From an uncultured Verrucomicrobiae bacterium (lineage in GTDB: Bacteria; Verrucomicrobiota; Verrucomicrobiia; Palsa-1439), in assembly GCA_963812605.1 (NCBI GenBank), contig CAWEWF010000005.1, forward strand, positions 160,001 to 224,000: a stretch of 64,000 nt of DNA, written 5' to 3'. The notes beneath the pieces were generated by a model. That model saw nothing but the letters and a program-made list of their open reading frames with translations, made no database searches and had not been told where the DNA came from. This document shows, in pieces, positions 51,395-61,672 of this stretch. Position numbers and translations under genes: made by a program. Position 1 is the first letter of the stretch, and each line of letters opens with the position of its first letter.

Positions 51395-52493
51395 ATGGGC
51401 GAGACTTATTACATTGTTCCGCAGTCGATCCACAATGCGCTGGTCGAGAAGGCCTATCGGCATCGCGGTTACACCGCGGATGAAGCGGCCGACGCGGCGC
51501 GTTTCTGCGCCTCGGCGTCCGCGCACGGTATCCGCACGCATAACGGCATCAAGGCGCTGCACCTCGATCATCTGTACGGCAGCGGCGCCGGCGGCTGCGT
51601 GCCCGGCGCGAAGATTCGCGAGATTCCGATCAGGTTCAAGGCTGCCCGCGTCTGGGATGCGCAAAAAAAACTCGGCCAACCCGTCGCCTATCACGCGATG
51701 GAGACCTGCATGAAGCTCGCCGATGAATTCGGCGTTGGCATCGTTAGCGTGGACAACGCTTTTCATTACTTGTGGGGCGGCGGCTACGTGATAGACGCGG
51801 CGCAAAAGGGATACATCGCCTACACCTGCTGCACGTCGACTCTGGCCGAAGTCGTTCCTTTCGGCGGCAAATTTCCCACGCTGGGGACGAACCCGCATTC
51901 ATGGGCGTTTCCGACGACGAAAGGCGATTGGATTCCCCATCGTCATCGATTGGGCGACGTCGACCGTCGCGATGGGCCGCGTCCAACAACTCAAGCGCGA
52001 GGGCAAACCGCTCCCGCCGAATTGCGCCGTCGACAAAGACGGAAATCCGACCACTGATCCCGACAAGGCGGTGGCGTTGTTGCCGTTTGGCGCGCACAAG
52101 GGCTATGGCCTCGGTTTGATCGACGAATTGTACGGCGCGTTCATCGGCGGTTCGCTGCCGACGATTCGCGGCCACTATGAGATGAAGGACGACGAGAAAC
52201 ACACGTCGGCATTTTTCTTCCAATGCATTCATCCCGACGCGATGAACGGCGGCGCGTTTGCCAGGGGTCGCAGCCAGGCGGACAACGTCAAGGCCGTCAT
52301 CCACGACATCCTCGGCCACGGCAACGAGAAGTGCATGCTCCCCGGCCAGCCCGAAGCGCAAGCGGCCGAGTTGACGAAGAAACACGGCGGCCTGCTCTTC
52401 TCCAAAGCCGAAATCGAAGCTTTTAACGAGATCGCGAAAGAGTGTGGCGAGAAACCGTGGGAGTTGACCTCATTTAAGACGGTGACCGTTTGA
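51395..52493 (+). CDS. Ldh_2 (malate/L-lactate/ureidoglycolate dehydrogenase) family oxidoreductase (frameshift near 51925)
   Basis: HGIRTHN, LGTNPHS, DWATS, PFGAHKGYGL, LPGQPE. Confidence 0.87.
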
Positions 52494-52506
52494 AAGGACT
52501 GCATCG

Positions 52507-53599
52507 ATGCCACTGAAACTTCGTGACAAGTACACCTTCGACCAGATTTCCCTGGGGGAGATCATGTTGCGGCTGGATCCGGGCGAGGGGCGGATCCGCA
52601 CGGCGCGCGAATTCAAGGCGTGGGAGGGCGGCGGCGAATACAATGTCTCGCGCGGGCTGCGCAAATGCTTTGGGCTGAAGACGGCGGTGTGCACGGCGTT
52701 CGTGGACAACGAAGTCGGCCATCTTATCGAGGACTTCATCATGCAAGGGGGAGTCGCCACGGACTTCATCCTCTGGAAGCCCGACGACGGCATCGGGCGG
52801 TCGGTCCGCAACGGGCTGAATTTTACGGAGCGCGGGTTCGGCATCCGCGGCGCGGTCGGCGTTCCCGATCGCGGTCACACGGCGGCGAGCCAACTCAAGC
52901 CCGGCGATTTCAATTGGGAAAAGATTTTCGGCGAACTGGGTGTCCGCTGGTTTCACACGGGCGGGATTTTTGCCGCGTTGAGTGAATCGACCGCGGCGAT
53001 TACTGTCGAGGCCGTCAAAGCCGCGAACAAACACGGGACGATTGTCAGTTACGATCTGAATTACCGGCCCAGCTTGTGGAAGAGCATTGGCGGACAGGCC
53101 AAGGCCCGCGAAGTGAACCGCGAGATCGCCAAGTACGTGGACGTGATGATCGGCAACGAGGAGGATTTCACCGCGAGCCTCGGCTTTGAAGTGGAAGGAC
53201 TCGACCACAACATCACCACGATCGAGACGAACGCCTTCAAGAAGATGATTGAGAAGGCGGTGGGCGAGTTCAAGAATTTCAAGGTGGCGGCCACGACCCT
53301 TCGCAAGGTCATCACGGCGACGAAGAACGATTGGAGCGCGATTTGCTGGATGGACGGCAAGTTTTACGAAAGCCGCAAGTATCCCGAGTTGGAAATCTTC
53401 GACCGCGTGGGCGGCGGGGACAGTTTTGCCAGCGGGTTGATCTTCGGTTTCCTGAAGACCGGTGACCCGCAAAAGGCCGTAGACTATGGCGCGGCGCACG
53501 GCGCACTGGCCATGACCACTCCCGGCGACACGTCCATGGCCACGCAGAAGGAAGTGGAAAAAGTCATGGGTCGGTGGCAGCGCGCGGGTCCAGCGGTGA
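52507..53599 (+). CDS. kdgK: 2-dehydro-3-deoxygluconokinase (PfkB family); indel near C-terminus
   Basis: GEIMLRL, GGGEYNV, SYDLNYRPSLW, DRVGGGDSFASG; expected ..GGSARVQR* end in the shifted frame. Confidence 0.88.
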
Positions 53600-55169
53600 G
53601 GACGCGACGCTCGCACGCTGCGTACTTTTTTACCAGTTGGTCGTAAATGCGGACCGACTTCGCAGCGGGTTTGACCTCGCTGTTCGGGATCGGGTCGGTA
53701 AAGACGGAGACGACTTCCTGCCACTTCGGTTTCTTTCCACTAAGCAACAGCCAGCCATGAACGGCGCGGAGGGCGGCCCCGAGGGCGGCGCTTTTGGCGA
53801 CTTCGATACGGCGAACAGGGCAGTTGAAGACATCGGCCATGATTTGCAGGACGGGGAGATTCACAGAGCCGCCGCCAGTGGCACAAATGCTCGTCGGGTT
53901 GATCTTCATCCACGCGGAATGAATACGCATGGACATCATCTGGGCTTCCACGATGGCGCGGCAGTCCTGGGCGGCGATGTTATTTTTGTCGAAGTCGAAA
54001 CGGTGGAGGCCGGGCTGACTGACGCGTGGAACGATCTCCGGCTCGAACCACGGCAGCATGATCGCGCCCTGATTGCCCGGTTTGGTTTTGAGGAGCAACT
54101 GGTTGTAGCCTTCCCAATCGAGTCCATACTGGTTGCGAATTTTCTCGAAGGCCAGTGAGCCATTTGTGAAACAGATCAGTGGCAGGTAGTCACCCGTGGG
54201 CGCGCCGAACACGCTGCCTTCGCCGCGCACATCCACGCGGCACTGTTGCATGCGGCCAAAGTAGGTGTAACTGGTGCCGAGGCTGATGGCGACCTTGCCT
54301 TCGTGGATGAGGCCGAGGCCGACGGCGCTGCAGGGGTTATCGCCCGACCAGACCAAAGTTTGCGCGGCTGGGTTAAGGCCATACTTCTTCGCGAAATAGG
54401 GGCTGACGGTCCCGATGACCTTCCACGGTTTGGCAAGCGGCGGGAGTTTGTTCCTCAACCCGGGCGCGGTGGCCATGAGCGCGGCGGGATGCCACGTCTT
54501 TTTGTGGATATCCATCAAGTTCATGCCCGCGCCATCGCCGTGGTCGATGGGAGCGATTTTGCCCGCGAGCAGCGAAGCCATGAACGAACTGACCAGCGCG
54601 ATGCTTGTCGTTCGCGGCGTAGTTATCCGGCTCGGTCTTGAAGAACTTGCGAATTTGCGGCCCGGTGAACCGCTCGAATGTGTCGGAGCCGGTTTGTTGC
54701 GCGGTGGCCATGATGCCGCCGAGTTTCTCGCGAATCTCCGCGCACTCGACGCTGGTGGACGAATCCATCCAGATCGGCGAAGTGATGCGCGAGAAGATGC
54801 CCCGCAAATTCTCCACCAGACTCTTTGCGGGATTGAGTTTGGCCAGCGCGCCGAGCGGCGCGGTCGATTGAGATAGACCGAACCGTGTTGCTGTCCGCTG
54901 CCGCTGAGGGCGAGGATATCGCCGAGCGGCACGCCGTCCTGCTTCATCTGCGCAAACAACACGTCGAGCGCCTCGGCCCACATTAACGGCGGGCTGTGCA
55001 CGACGAGCGGGTCATTACTGCGCAGCGTGCCGTTCTGGGTGCCGTAATGTGGCAGCGCCTTGTCGAAGTTGAGAGATTTGTCGTAAATAACGCGCCGCGC
55101 GTCGTAGTCGATTACTATTGCCGAGAGGCTTTGCGTGCTAGCGTCTAGTCCGAGAAAAAGCCTGGCCAT
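53484..55169 (-). CDS. xylB: Xylulokinase (FGGY family, eukaryote-like type); compensating frameshifts 54600-54870
   Basis: LGLDASTQSL, SGSGQQHGSVY, WMDSST, ERFTGPQIRK, GDNP, ISLGTS, TGGGS; 3' end uncertain. Confidence 0.85.
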   Translation of the reverse strand: MARLFLGLDASTQSLSAIVIDYDARRVIYDKSLNFDKALPHYGTQNGTLRSNDPLVVHSPPLMWAEALDVLFAQMKQDGVPLGDILALSGSGQQHGSVYLNRPRRSARWPNSIPQRVWWRICGASSRASLRRSGWIRPPASSARRFARNSAASWPPRNKPAPTHSSGSPGRKFASSSRPSRITTPRTTSIALVSSFMASLLAGKIAPIDHGDGAGMNLMDIHKKTWHPAALMATAPGLRNKLPPLAKPWKVIGTVSPYFAKKYGLNPAAQTLVWSGDNPCSAVGLGLIHEGKVAISLGTSYTYFGRMQQCRVDVRGEGSVFGAPTGDYLPLICFTNGSLAFEKIRNQYGLDWEGYNQLLLKTKPGNQGAIMLPWFEPEIVPRVSQPGLHRFDFDKNNIAAQDCRAIVEAQMMSMRIHSAWMKINPTSICATGGGSVNLPVLQIMADVFNCPVRRIEVAKSAALGAALRAVHGWLLLSGKKPKWQEVVSVFTDPIPNSEVKPAAKSVRIYDQLVKKYAACERRVLTAGPARCHRPMTFSTSFCVAMDVSPGVVMASAPCAAP

Positions 55170-55600
55170 GCTTGTGTTTGTAGCAGGGCGGATTTGCTGG
55201 CGGCAACTCGTTACTTAGCGCGGGCTGAAGAGCGACTGTCCGGGACCTCTTGGCAAATAAACTCCCGAACCATCGAGGTCAACGCGAACGAATTTGCTGG
55301 ACGTTTGGTTGTTCACTCTTATTTACTATCCCGCTAGCGAGTAGAAGAATGGCGAGCGACTCCTCTCCTTCTGGGTCTTTTCAGAATTGAGGATCACAAA
55401 AAGCAGTGTGTCACAAAGCGAGACTTCACTCTTTGGCGAGAGAGAGGACAGCGCATTTTTTCCAAGCGCGTGTGATGTACCGTCTCCAGAAAGTTTACCA
55501 TTACTTCCAAATAGTTGTTGTCCTCCATTTCTTGCCGCAGGAGGGACGACGAGAACATTTTATTTTGAAGATGGGATCAGGAACAAAAACGCGGGGGAAA

Positions 55601-56445
55601 ATGAAAAGGAGTAGGAAGAAATGTATAGGTATTTAATCGCTACATTGATGGTAACGTCGCTGACGAGTGTTTCTTACGGTGCAACGGTTGTGGTCAGTCC
55701 CGGGAACATGGGTAGTTGGGCTTTCGTGACAACGGACAACACCGGCACCCCCGGGGGTGACCCTGGTGACATTGCCCAAATGGTCAATGGGCCGGCCACG
55801 CCACCGCTGGGTACGGGCAGTGCCCAATTGAGTACGGCACCGGGTCATGGTGATGAGTCCGCCCAAATCTCAACCACGCGTACGATGGCATCGCGCTCTC
55901 CAATCTGACTTCGCTGAGTTACTCTACCTACGCGACGGCCAACAATGGGCAGCAGTTTCCGTACATCCAGTTAAGTGTCACCACCAACGGCCCCGGCCCT
56001 GCGGCGGACGACGTGCTCTTTTTTGAACCGCCTTACCAGACCCACGCTACCGGTAATCCTGGCTCTTCCAGACCAGGGCAATACTGCCCTCAATACCTGG
56101 CAGTTGTGGGATGCAAAAGTGGGCGGTTGGTGGTCGGACGACAGTCTTGCCGATTTGAACCCGGGCACGGGCGTTGGTTCACTCGCTACCTACCTTGCGG
56201 CTTTTCCGAATGCCACCATCGTGGCAAATCCATTCGCAGGAAATGGGGGCATCGGCCTGACCGTTGGTTATGCAGGCGCGGGAGACTTTCTTACCGGCTA
56301 CGTTGACAATGTAACCATCGGGACGCAGGGCGGAGGATCAACCACATTCAACTTTGAAGCGGTTCCTGAGCCAGCGAGTCTTTCACTGCTGGCCTTCGGA
56401 GGATTGCTCGCGTTTTTCTGTCAGTGGAAGAAGAATCGCGGCTAA
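55601..56445 (+). CDS. PEP-CTERM sorting-domain surface protein (frameshifted)
   Basis: Signal peptide; C-terminal VPEPASLSLLAFGGLLAFFCQWKKNRG. Confidence 0.85.
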
Positions 56446-56480
56446 GGTTCCAGATCCCTTGAAGGATTCATCGGTCTGGG

Positions 56481-57720
56481 TCACTTCCCGTTGCAGTCCT
56501 GATCGACGGCTTGCTTCAGCATCTCGAAGAAATCGGGAATGGCAGAGGTCACGCGGTTCCAATTCGATATCAGGGGAATGCCCAGCGGGTCGCGGAGGTA
56601 TTCATCGGCGGCGATGCGGAGCGCGTTGGTGAACGCGCGCACCGCCAGCATTTCCTGATGCCGATCGAAGGGTAGGCCATTGACTGCCGCGTCGTCCTCG
56701 TACTGTTTCACCGCATCCTGCGCCACTCGCAGATAGCGAATGGTCAATGTTTTGAAAAGCGCGTCGGAGAGCACCATGCCTTCCGTGGCCAGGTTGCGGA
56801 AGATGGACTTGGCGATGTCGGCGCTCATCTTCATGAGTCCCTTGTGCTCGTCATCGGCGGAGAGGTTCTGGTGTTTATGTTCGTAGGTGTCGCACAATTC
56901 GACCTGGCAGATCCGTTTGGCCGTGCAATTACGGAATACCTCGCAGAGCACGCCCATCTCCAGTCCCCAATCACCGGGGATACGATTGATGCGCGCCAGA
57001 TCGGCGAGCATCGAGAACTCGCCAGAGAGCGGGTAGCGGAAACTGTCGAGGAATACCAACAGCGGCACTTCGCGCCCGAGGACTTTCTGCAACGCGCGAA
57101 TTAGTGGCGTGACCAAGAGTCGCGTGACGCGCCCGTAGAAGCGGTCCGAGACGCGGGCGTAGAAGCCCTTGCAGAATTCATAGTCCATGTTCGGACTCGC
57201 GAGCGGGAACACCAGCCGCGCCAGCAGTTCACGATCGTACGTGAGGATGTCGCAGTCATGCAGCGCAATGATTTTACATTGTTCGTCGGCCAGCACAAAG
57301 CCCGACGACAACCAGATGTTACTGCCTTTGCCGGGACCGCCGATGGAAAGGTCGTTCTGGAGCATCAATTTCATCAGCTTGCGCAGGCGCGGCCCGTCGC
57401 GCCAGAGGATTTTGACTTCTTGCGGCAGCGTGGAGAAAAACCGGCGAGCGAGATCGAACTGGCGCCGATCCGCCGGAGATGAACTGGCGTCGGCGGCGGT
57501 CAAGCCCGACAACGACCTGGCGGATGTAACGGACACCCCGAAGATGCTGCAGGATATTCTCGAGCGCCGGGCCTTCCAACTCGCTGTAAAGGCAGGGCAG
57601 CACCAGCGCAATGGGCCGCCGCTCGGTATACTCCGCCAGCGTGGCCTCGATGGCCTCGAGATTGTACTTGCCGAGCCGATGAAACGTCGTGATAACGCCA
57701 CTTTGATGAAAATCACTCAT
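56481..57720 (-). CDS. gpgS: Glucosyl-3-phosphoglycerate synthase (frameshift near 57490)
   Basis: MSDFHQSGVITTFH, LPCLYSEL, PGKGSNIW, HDCDI, GRVTRL, YPLSGEF, YEHKHQ. Confidence 0.85.
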
Positions 57721-57819
57721 GGCTTCATAAATTGCTTCGTCCTCGACTGACCCAATTGTAAGATTACGCATGGACGACGGCGTGAGGCAATTTATTTTCA
57801 TGGCCGTCGCGTCTTTTCT

Positions 57820-58594
57820 ATGAGCGACGCGAAAGTCATTTTCTGGGACGTATATGGCACGCTGCTTTCCGCGCCGCGCGGGAATCTCGACTCTTTGCTT
57901 CAACGCGAGGCCGAACTGCGCACGGCTTTCGAGCGCACCATCAAGAATTTTGGTCTCGGGGCCGTTCCCGCGCGCTTGCACAATCTCTTCCTGCGCGGCA
58001 TCCAGGCCGAACGTGAGGCACGGGTGGCCGAAGGGCATTGCGCATCCCGAAGTACGCGTCGACGAAATCTGGTTCAAGTTGCTGGAAAAATTCCAACCCG
58101 AGAATCCGCCCACCATCAATTTCGCGCGCGAGGTCGCATTGTTCTTCCAACGACAGGCCAACCCGACGCAACTTCAACCGCGCGTGTTCGATGTGTTGAA
58201 CACGCTCAAGCAGCGCGGACTGCGCCACGGCATCATTTCCAACGCGCAGTTCTACACGCCCATTGAGTTGTCCCAGTTGCTGCGTGATGAAAGTGCGTGC
58301 GCCGTTTGCACCTATGAATCGCTCTTTGATCCGCTGTTCGTCTTTTTCTCGTTCGACCTCGGCGTCGCCAAGCCGGATCTTACCCCTTTTCGCCGCGCGG
58401 TCGAGGCGCTCACGCGCGAGAACATCATGCCCGATGACTGCGTCTTCGTGGGGAATTCGCCCGTCAACGACATTGCGCCGGCCCAGCGCGTCGGATTCAA
58501 GACCGTTCTCTTTGCGCCGGAAGGCGTCCCCGAATCCGCAATCAAGCCCGATCTGGTCATCCATAATCTCTCGCAGCTTTTGGAATGGCTGTGA
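57820..58594 (+). CDS. HAD-family hydrolase, probable glycosyl-phosphoglycerate phosphatase (frameshift near 58030)
   Basis: FWDVYGTL, ISNAQFYT, AKPD, VGNSPVNDIAPA. Confidence 0.82.
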
Positions 58595-59787
58595 AGATCG
58601 CGATCCTGCACTACCATCTGCGGCCGGGCGGCGTGACAACTGTCATCCGCAATGCGCAGCGCGCTTTGGCGGGAAAACTCGATGTGCGGATCATGGCGGA
58701 TTTCGGTTACGACGAACGCCCTGCGCGCGATCGTGCCGCCTTCCTTGCGGAATCGCGGCGGCTGGCCGACCGTCTGGCCAAGCGTCTTCGAGGCGTGGAC
58801 GTTCTGCACACGCACAATATCGGGCTTGGCAAACATCCGCGACTGACGTATGCGATCAAGCTCCTGGCGCGGCAAGGTGGGATCAAGATCATCAATCAGG
58901 TCCACGACTTTCCCGAAGACCATCGGCCCGCGCCATTGCATGCGCTGCGCAACTGCACCGGCAAGCGTGATGACGCCTTTCAGCGCGCGCTGTGTTATTA
59001 CGATGAGCCGAACGTAATCTGGGCGACGCTGACCACGCACGACGCGGCGAAACTCGCGGCGCGCGGAGTTCCATCGAAAAAGATCCACGTTCTTCCCAAC
59101 CCGGTGGACGAGGAGTTTTTTAGCAAGCCCGCGCCGTCCCGCGCCGAGTTGCAGCAAGTGAACGGAAAGCTCACGGCGTTTGCCCGCGCGCACCGATTTC
59201 ATTTCGATCCACGGAAGAAGCTGCTGCTTTCGCCGATGAAAGTGATGGTTCGGAAGAATAATGCGGAAGCCATCGAGTTGGTGAAACGGTTGAAGGGGTA
59301 TCAGCTGGTCATTTCGCTCGATGCGTCCTCCGCGAGCGACCGCGATTACAGCGCGCGAATCAAGAAGAAGATTCGCCGGGAACGGCTGCCGGTGGTGATC
59401 GGTTTTGGCGCAACCCTGGACAGTCCGCTGCCGCTCTTTCACCTGGCGCATGCGATTCTCACGACATCCCGCGTGGAGGGGTTCGGTTACACGTTTGTCG
59501 AAGGCTGGCTCTGCCGTAAAGCGGTGGTCGGTCGCGATATTCCCGAGGTCACCCGGGACTTTATCACCGCAGGAATGAAGATGGACCATTTCTACCGCGA
59601 GTTTGACGACGAAGCAGTCCAGCACGTGGCGAGGTTCCTGGCGCGGCCATCGCGCAGGCTCATCGAAGATAATCGGAAGGTCGTTTTACTGAAGTATTCG
59701 CGACGGGCATACGCGCGACGGTACCAGAAGTTACTGTCAAAACTCTCCCTTGGGCGTGTGTTCGGCGCTTTCGACCAGGTTGTGTAA
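58585..59787 (+). CDS. GT4-like glycosyltransferase
   Basis: HYHLRPGGVTTVI, HNIGLGK, HDFPED, TTSRVEGFG. Confidence 0.85.
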   Translation: MAVKIAILHYHLRPGGVTTVIRNAQRALAGKLDVRIMADFGYDERPARDRAAFLAESRRLADRLAKRLRGVDVLHTHNIGLGKHPRLTYAIKLLARQGGIKIINQVHDFPEDHRPAPLHALRNCTGKRDDAFQRALCYYDEPNVIWATLTTHDAAKLAARGVPSKKIHVLPNPVDEEFFSKPAPSRAELQQVNGKLTAFARAHRFHFDPRKKLLLSPMKVMVRKNNAEAIELVKRLKGYQLVISLDASSASDRDYSARIKKKIRRERLPVVIGFGATLDSPLPLFHLAHAILTTSRVEGFGYTFVEGWLCRKAVVGRDIPEVTRDFITAGMKMDHFYREFDDEAVQHVARFLARPSRRLIEDNRKVVLLKYSRRAYARRYQKLLSKLSLGRVFGAFDQVV

Positions 59788-61002
59788 CCGGCGCCGCAAG
59801 ACGGCGAGCGAGAAATGTTGCCGGGCAATCGTGAAATTCCGGTCAGCCATCTGTTTGCGGAGTTCGGGATCGTTGAGGACGTGACGGACTTTCTCGACAA
59901 CGTCGTCGGTGATGTAGCCATCCATCGTGACCGTCTCGAAACCCAGCGGTTCGATGTCCAGCATGTACACGGAGTAGCGGTTGACCATGATCGGCTTGCG
60001 AAAATAGATGGCTTCAAGGAAGGCGTTCCCGAACCCCTCGTAGATGCTGGGGTAGGTGACAAAATCGGCCTGCGGATAAATGTCCCAGAGCGTATAGATC
60101 TTCTGGCCCTTTTCATCGAAGCTGCGGGTTTCGCTGAAGCGATTGGCAACAAACCGAATATCCACGCCCTCGGACTGGGCGAGTTCGCGCAACCAATTGT
60201 AGTACGCCAGCCCCTCGTCGCCCGCGCTGTGGGAGACCACCAGCTTGGCGCGCGGTTCCTTCAGGCGGCGCACCAGCTCGACGGCGTGCTCGACTCCCTT
60301 GCGCGAGACGAGGCGGGTCGGTTGGAGGATGAGGATGTCGTCGGGCTTCAGCCCGATCTGCTCGCGCAAGTCGCGGGCGTATTCATCCATGGCCGGCGGC
60401 TCGGTCTCGAAATCGAATACATTGGGGATCAGCGAGGCGGCAATGCCTTTGCGCTGGGCGAGCTCGCGCCGCGCGGGAGTGTTGATGACCACGTGTTTGA
60501 TGCTCGGCAAACTCGGGGGAAAAGCAGAGTCGAGGATGTCTTGCACCGCGTTGATCATGAAGCGCTGGCGTTCCCAGTAGAAATCGTGATGGTGCGCGAG
60601 GGTGTGGATGCCGGTCTCGGCGATGAACTCCGTCAGCGCCATGCCCAGCGGCAGGTTCATCGGAATCGTGAGGATGTTTTCGGGAACGAGCACGTCGATG
60701 GCGAATTTCTTCACGAACCCGGCGAGGCCGGTCTTGATTCGCCCCCGCAACGCGTGGAGTTCTTCGGTCGTTTCCCCGGCGCGGGTGTGAACGCCGAAGC
60801 ATTTCTCGTGGAGGGCCACGATTTCGGGATGCGTGAAATGCATCTCGGGCACCAGGACGCCGGGGCTGATCTCGGGATCGAGTTGTCCCGCGCAAAAAAA
60901 AGTGCTGTGGCCAAGGTCGCGGCAGATGCGCGCCCACTTGATGGTTTCAAGCGTCACGCCGTCAGTGCCGGCCAGCCGTGTGGAAACGAATCCAATATTC
61001 AT
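59737..61002 (-). CDS. GT4 glycosyltransferase, mannosylglucosylglycerate synthase-like
   Basis: STRLAGTDGVTLE, HHHDFYWER, QPTRLVSRKG, YPSIYEGFGNAFLEA. Confidence 0.85.
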   Translation of the reverse strand: MNIGFVSTRLAGTDGVTLETIKWARICRDLGHSTFFCAGQLDPEISPGVLVPEMHFTHPEIVALHEKCFGVHTRAGETTEELHALRGRIKTGLAGFVKKFAIDVLVPENILTIPMNLPLGMALTEFIAETGIHTLAHHHDFYWERQRFMINAVQDILDSAFPPSLPSIKHVVINTPARRELAQRKGIAASLIPNVFDFETEPPAMDEYARDLREQIGLKPDDILILQPTRLVSRKGVEHAVELVRRLKEPRAKLVVSHSAGDEGLAYYNWLRELAQSEGVDIRFVANRFSETRSFDEKGQKIYTLWDIYPQADFVTYPSIYEGFGNAFLEAIYFRKPIMVNRYSVYMLDIEPLGFETVTMDGYITDDVVEKVRHVLNDPELRKQMADRNFTIARQHFSLAVLRRRLHNLVESAEHTPKGEF

Positions 61003-61060
61003 CCGCGCTCGTACTTTTGCGCCATTGTCGTGTTTGAGTCAAGGTTGCGAATCTGTAACT

Positions 61061-61085
61061 TGGAGGGACGCGCTCCGTCGTGTCC
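61061..61085 (+). repeat. Single REP-like unit (GGAG + hairpin)
   Basis: TGGAG-GGACGCG-CTCCGT-CGTGTCC. Confidence 0.5.
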
Positions 61086-61165
61086 GTTCGGCCCCGGCCC
61101 ACAACACGAGACAAACGGATTGCCATGCTGGTGCGGGTCTGTTATCTTCACGACGTATTTGGCAC

Positions 61166-61260
61166 GGAGGGGTGGCTGAGTGGTCTAAAGCGGCGGTTTG
61201 CTAAACCGCTGTACGGGATTAAAGCCTGTACCGAGGGTTCGAATCCCTCCCCCTCCGCCA
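61166..61260 (+). tRNA. tRNA-Ser(GCT)
   Basis: GGAGGGG/CCCCTCC acceptor stem, G discriminator, CCA; anticodon arm GCGGT-TTGCTAA-ACCGC; long variable arm; GGTTCGAATCC. Confidence 0.97.
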
Positions 61261-61263
61261 ACC

Positions 61264-61425
61264 TTTTGCCGTACAACGTGGTCAACAAACTGGAGAGTGA
61301 ATTGTCTGATGTTGAGACCTGACCCCATTCCACTTCATTGCCGAGCTTGACAGCCATTTTGCCGTACAACGTGGTCAACAAACTGGAGAGTGAATTGTCT
61401 GATGTTGAGACCTGACCCCATTCCA
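61264..61425. repeat. Perfect 69-bp direct repeat (61264-61332 and 61357-61425)
   Basis: TTTTGCCGTACAACGTGGTCAACAAACTGGAGAGTGAATTGTCTGATGTTGAGACCTGACCCCATTCCA occurs twice, 24 bp apart. Confidence 0.95.
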
Positions 61426-61672
61426 TGCCATTGACGGAAAACGGACCGGGTGGCACAAGGGGGATGGGTGCACTGATGGCAACCACGCCTGGTGGCACGA
61501 ACTGAAAAGCACCGGGTAATCGCGAAGAAGCTGGAGCAACTGACGAAACCGTCAACAATCAATGACTGACGCTCTCAACTTCAACCGGGATAAAAAACCA
61601 GCCGCCATACCGACCCGAACCTTGGCTCAATTGAATAATGAATAGACCTGACACTAACTGCCTTTTCAGCCC

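Noticed and set aside
61264-61425. CRISPR array
   Set aside because: Only two units, the 69-bp repeat is too long, and there are no cas genes.
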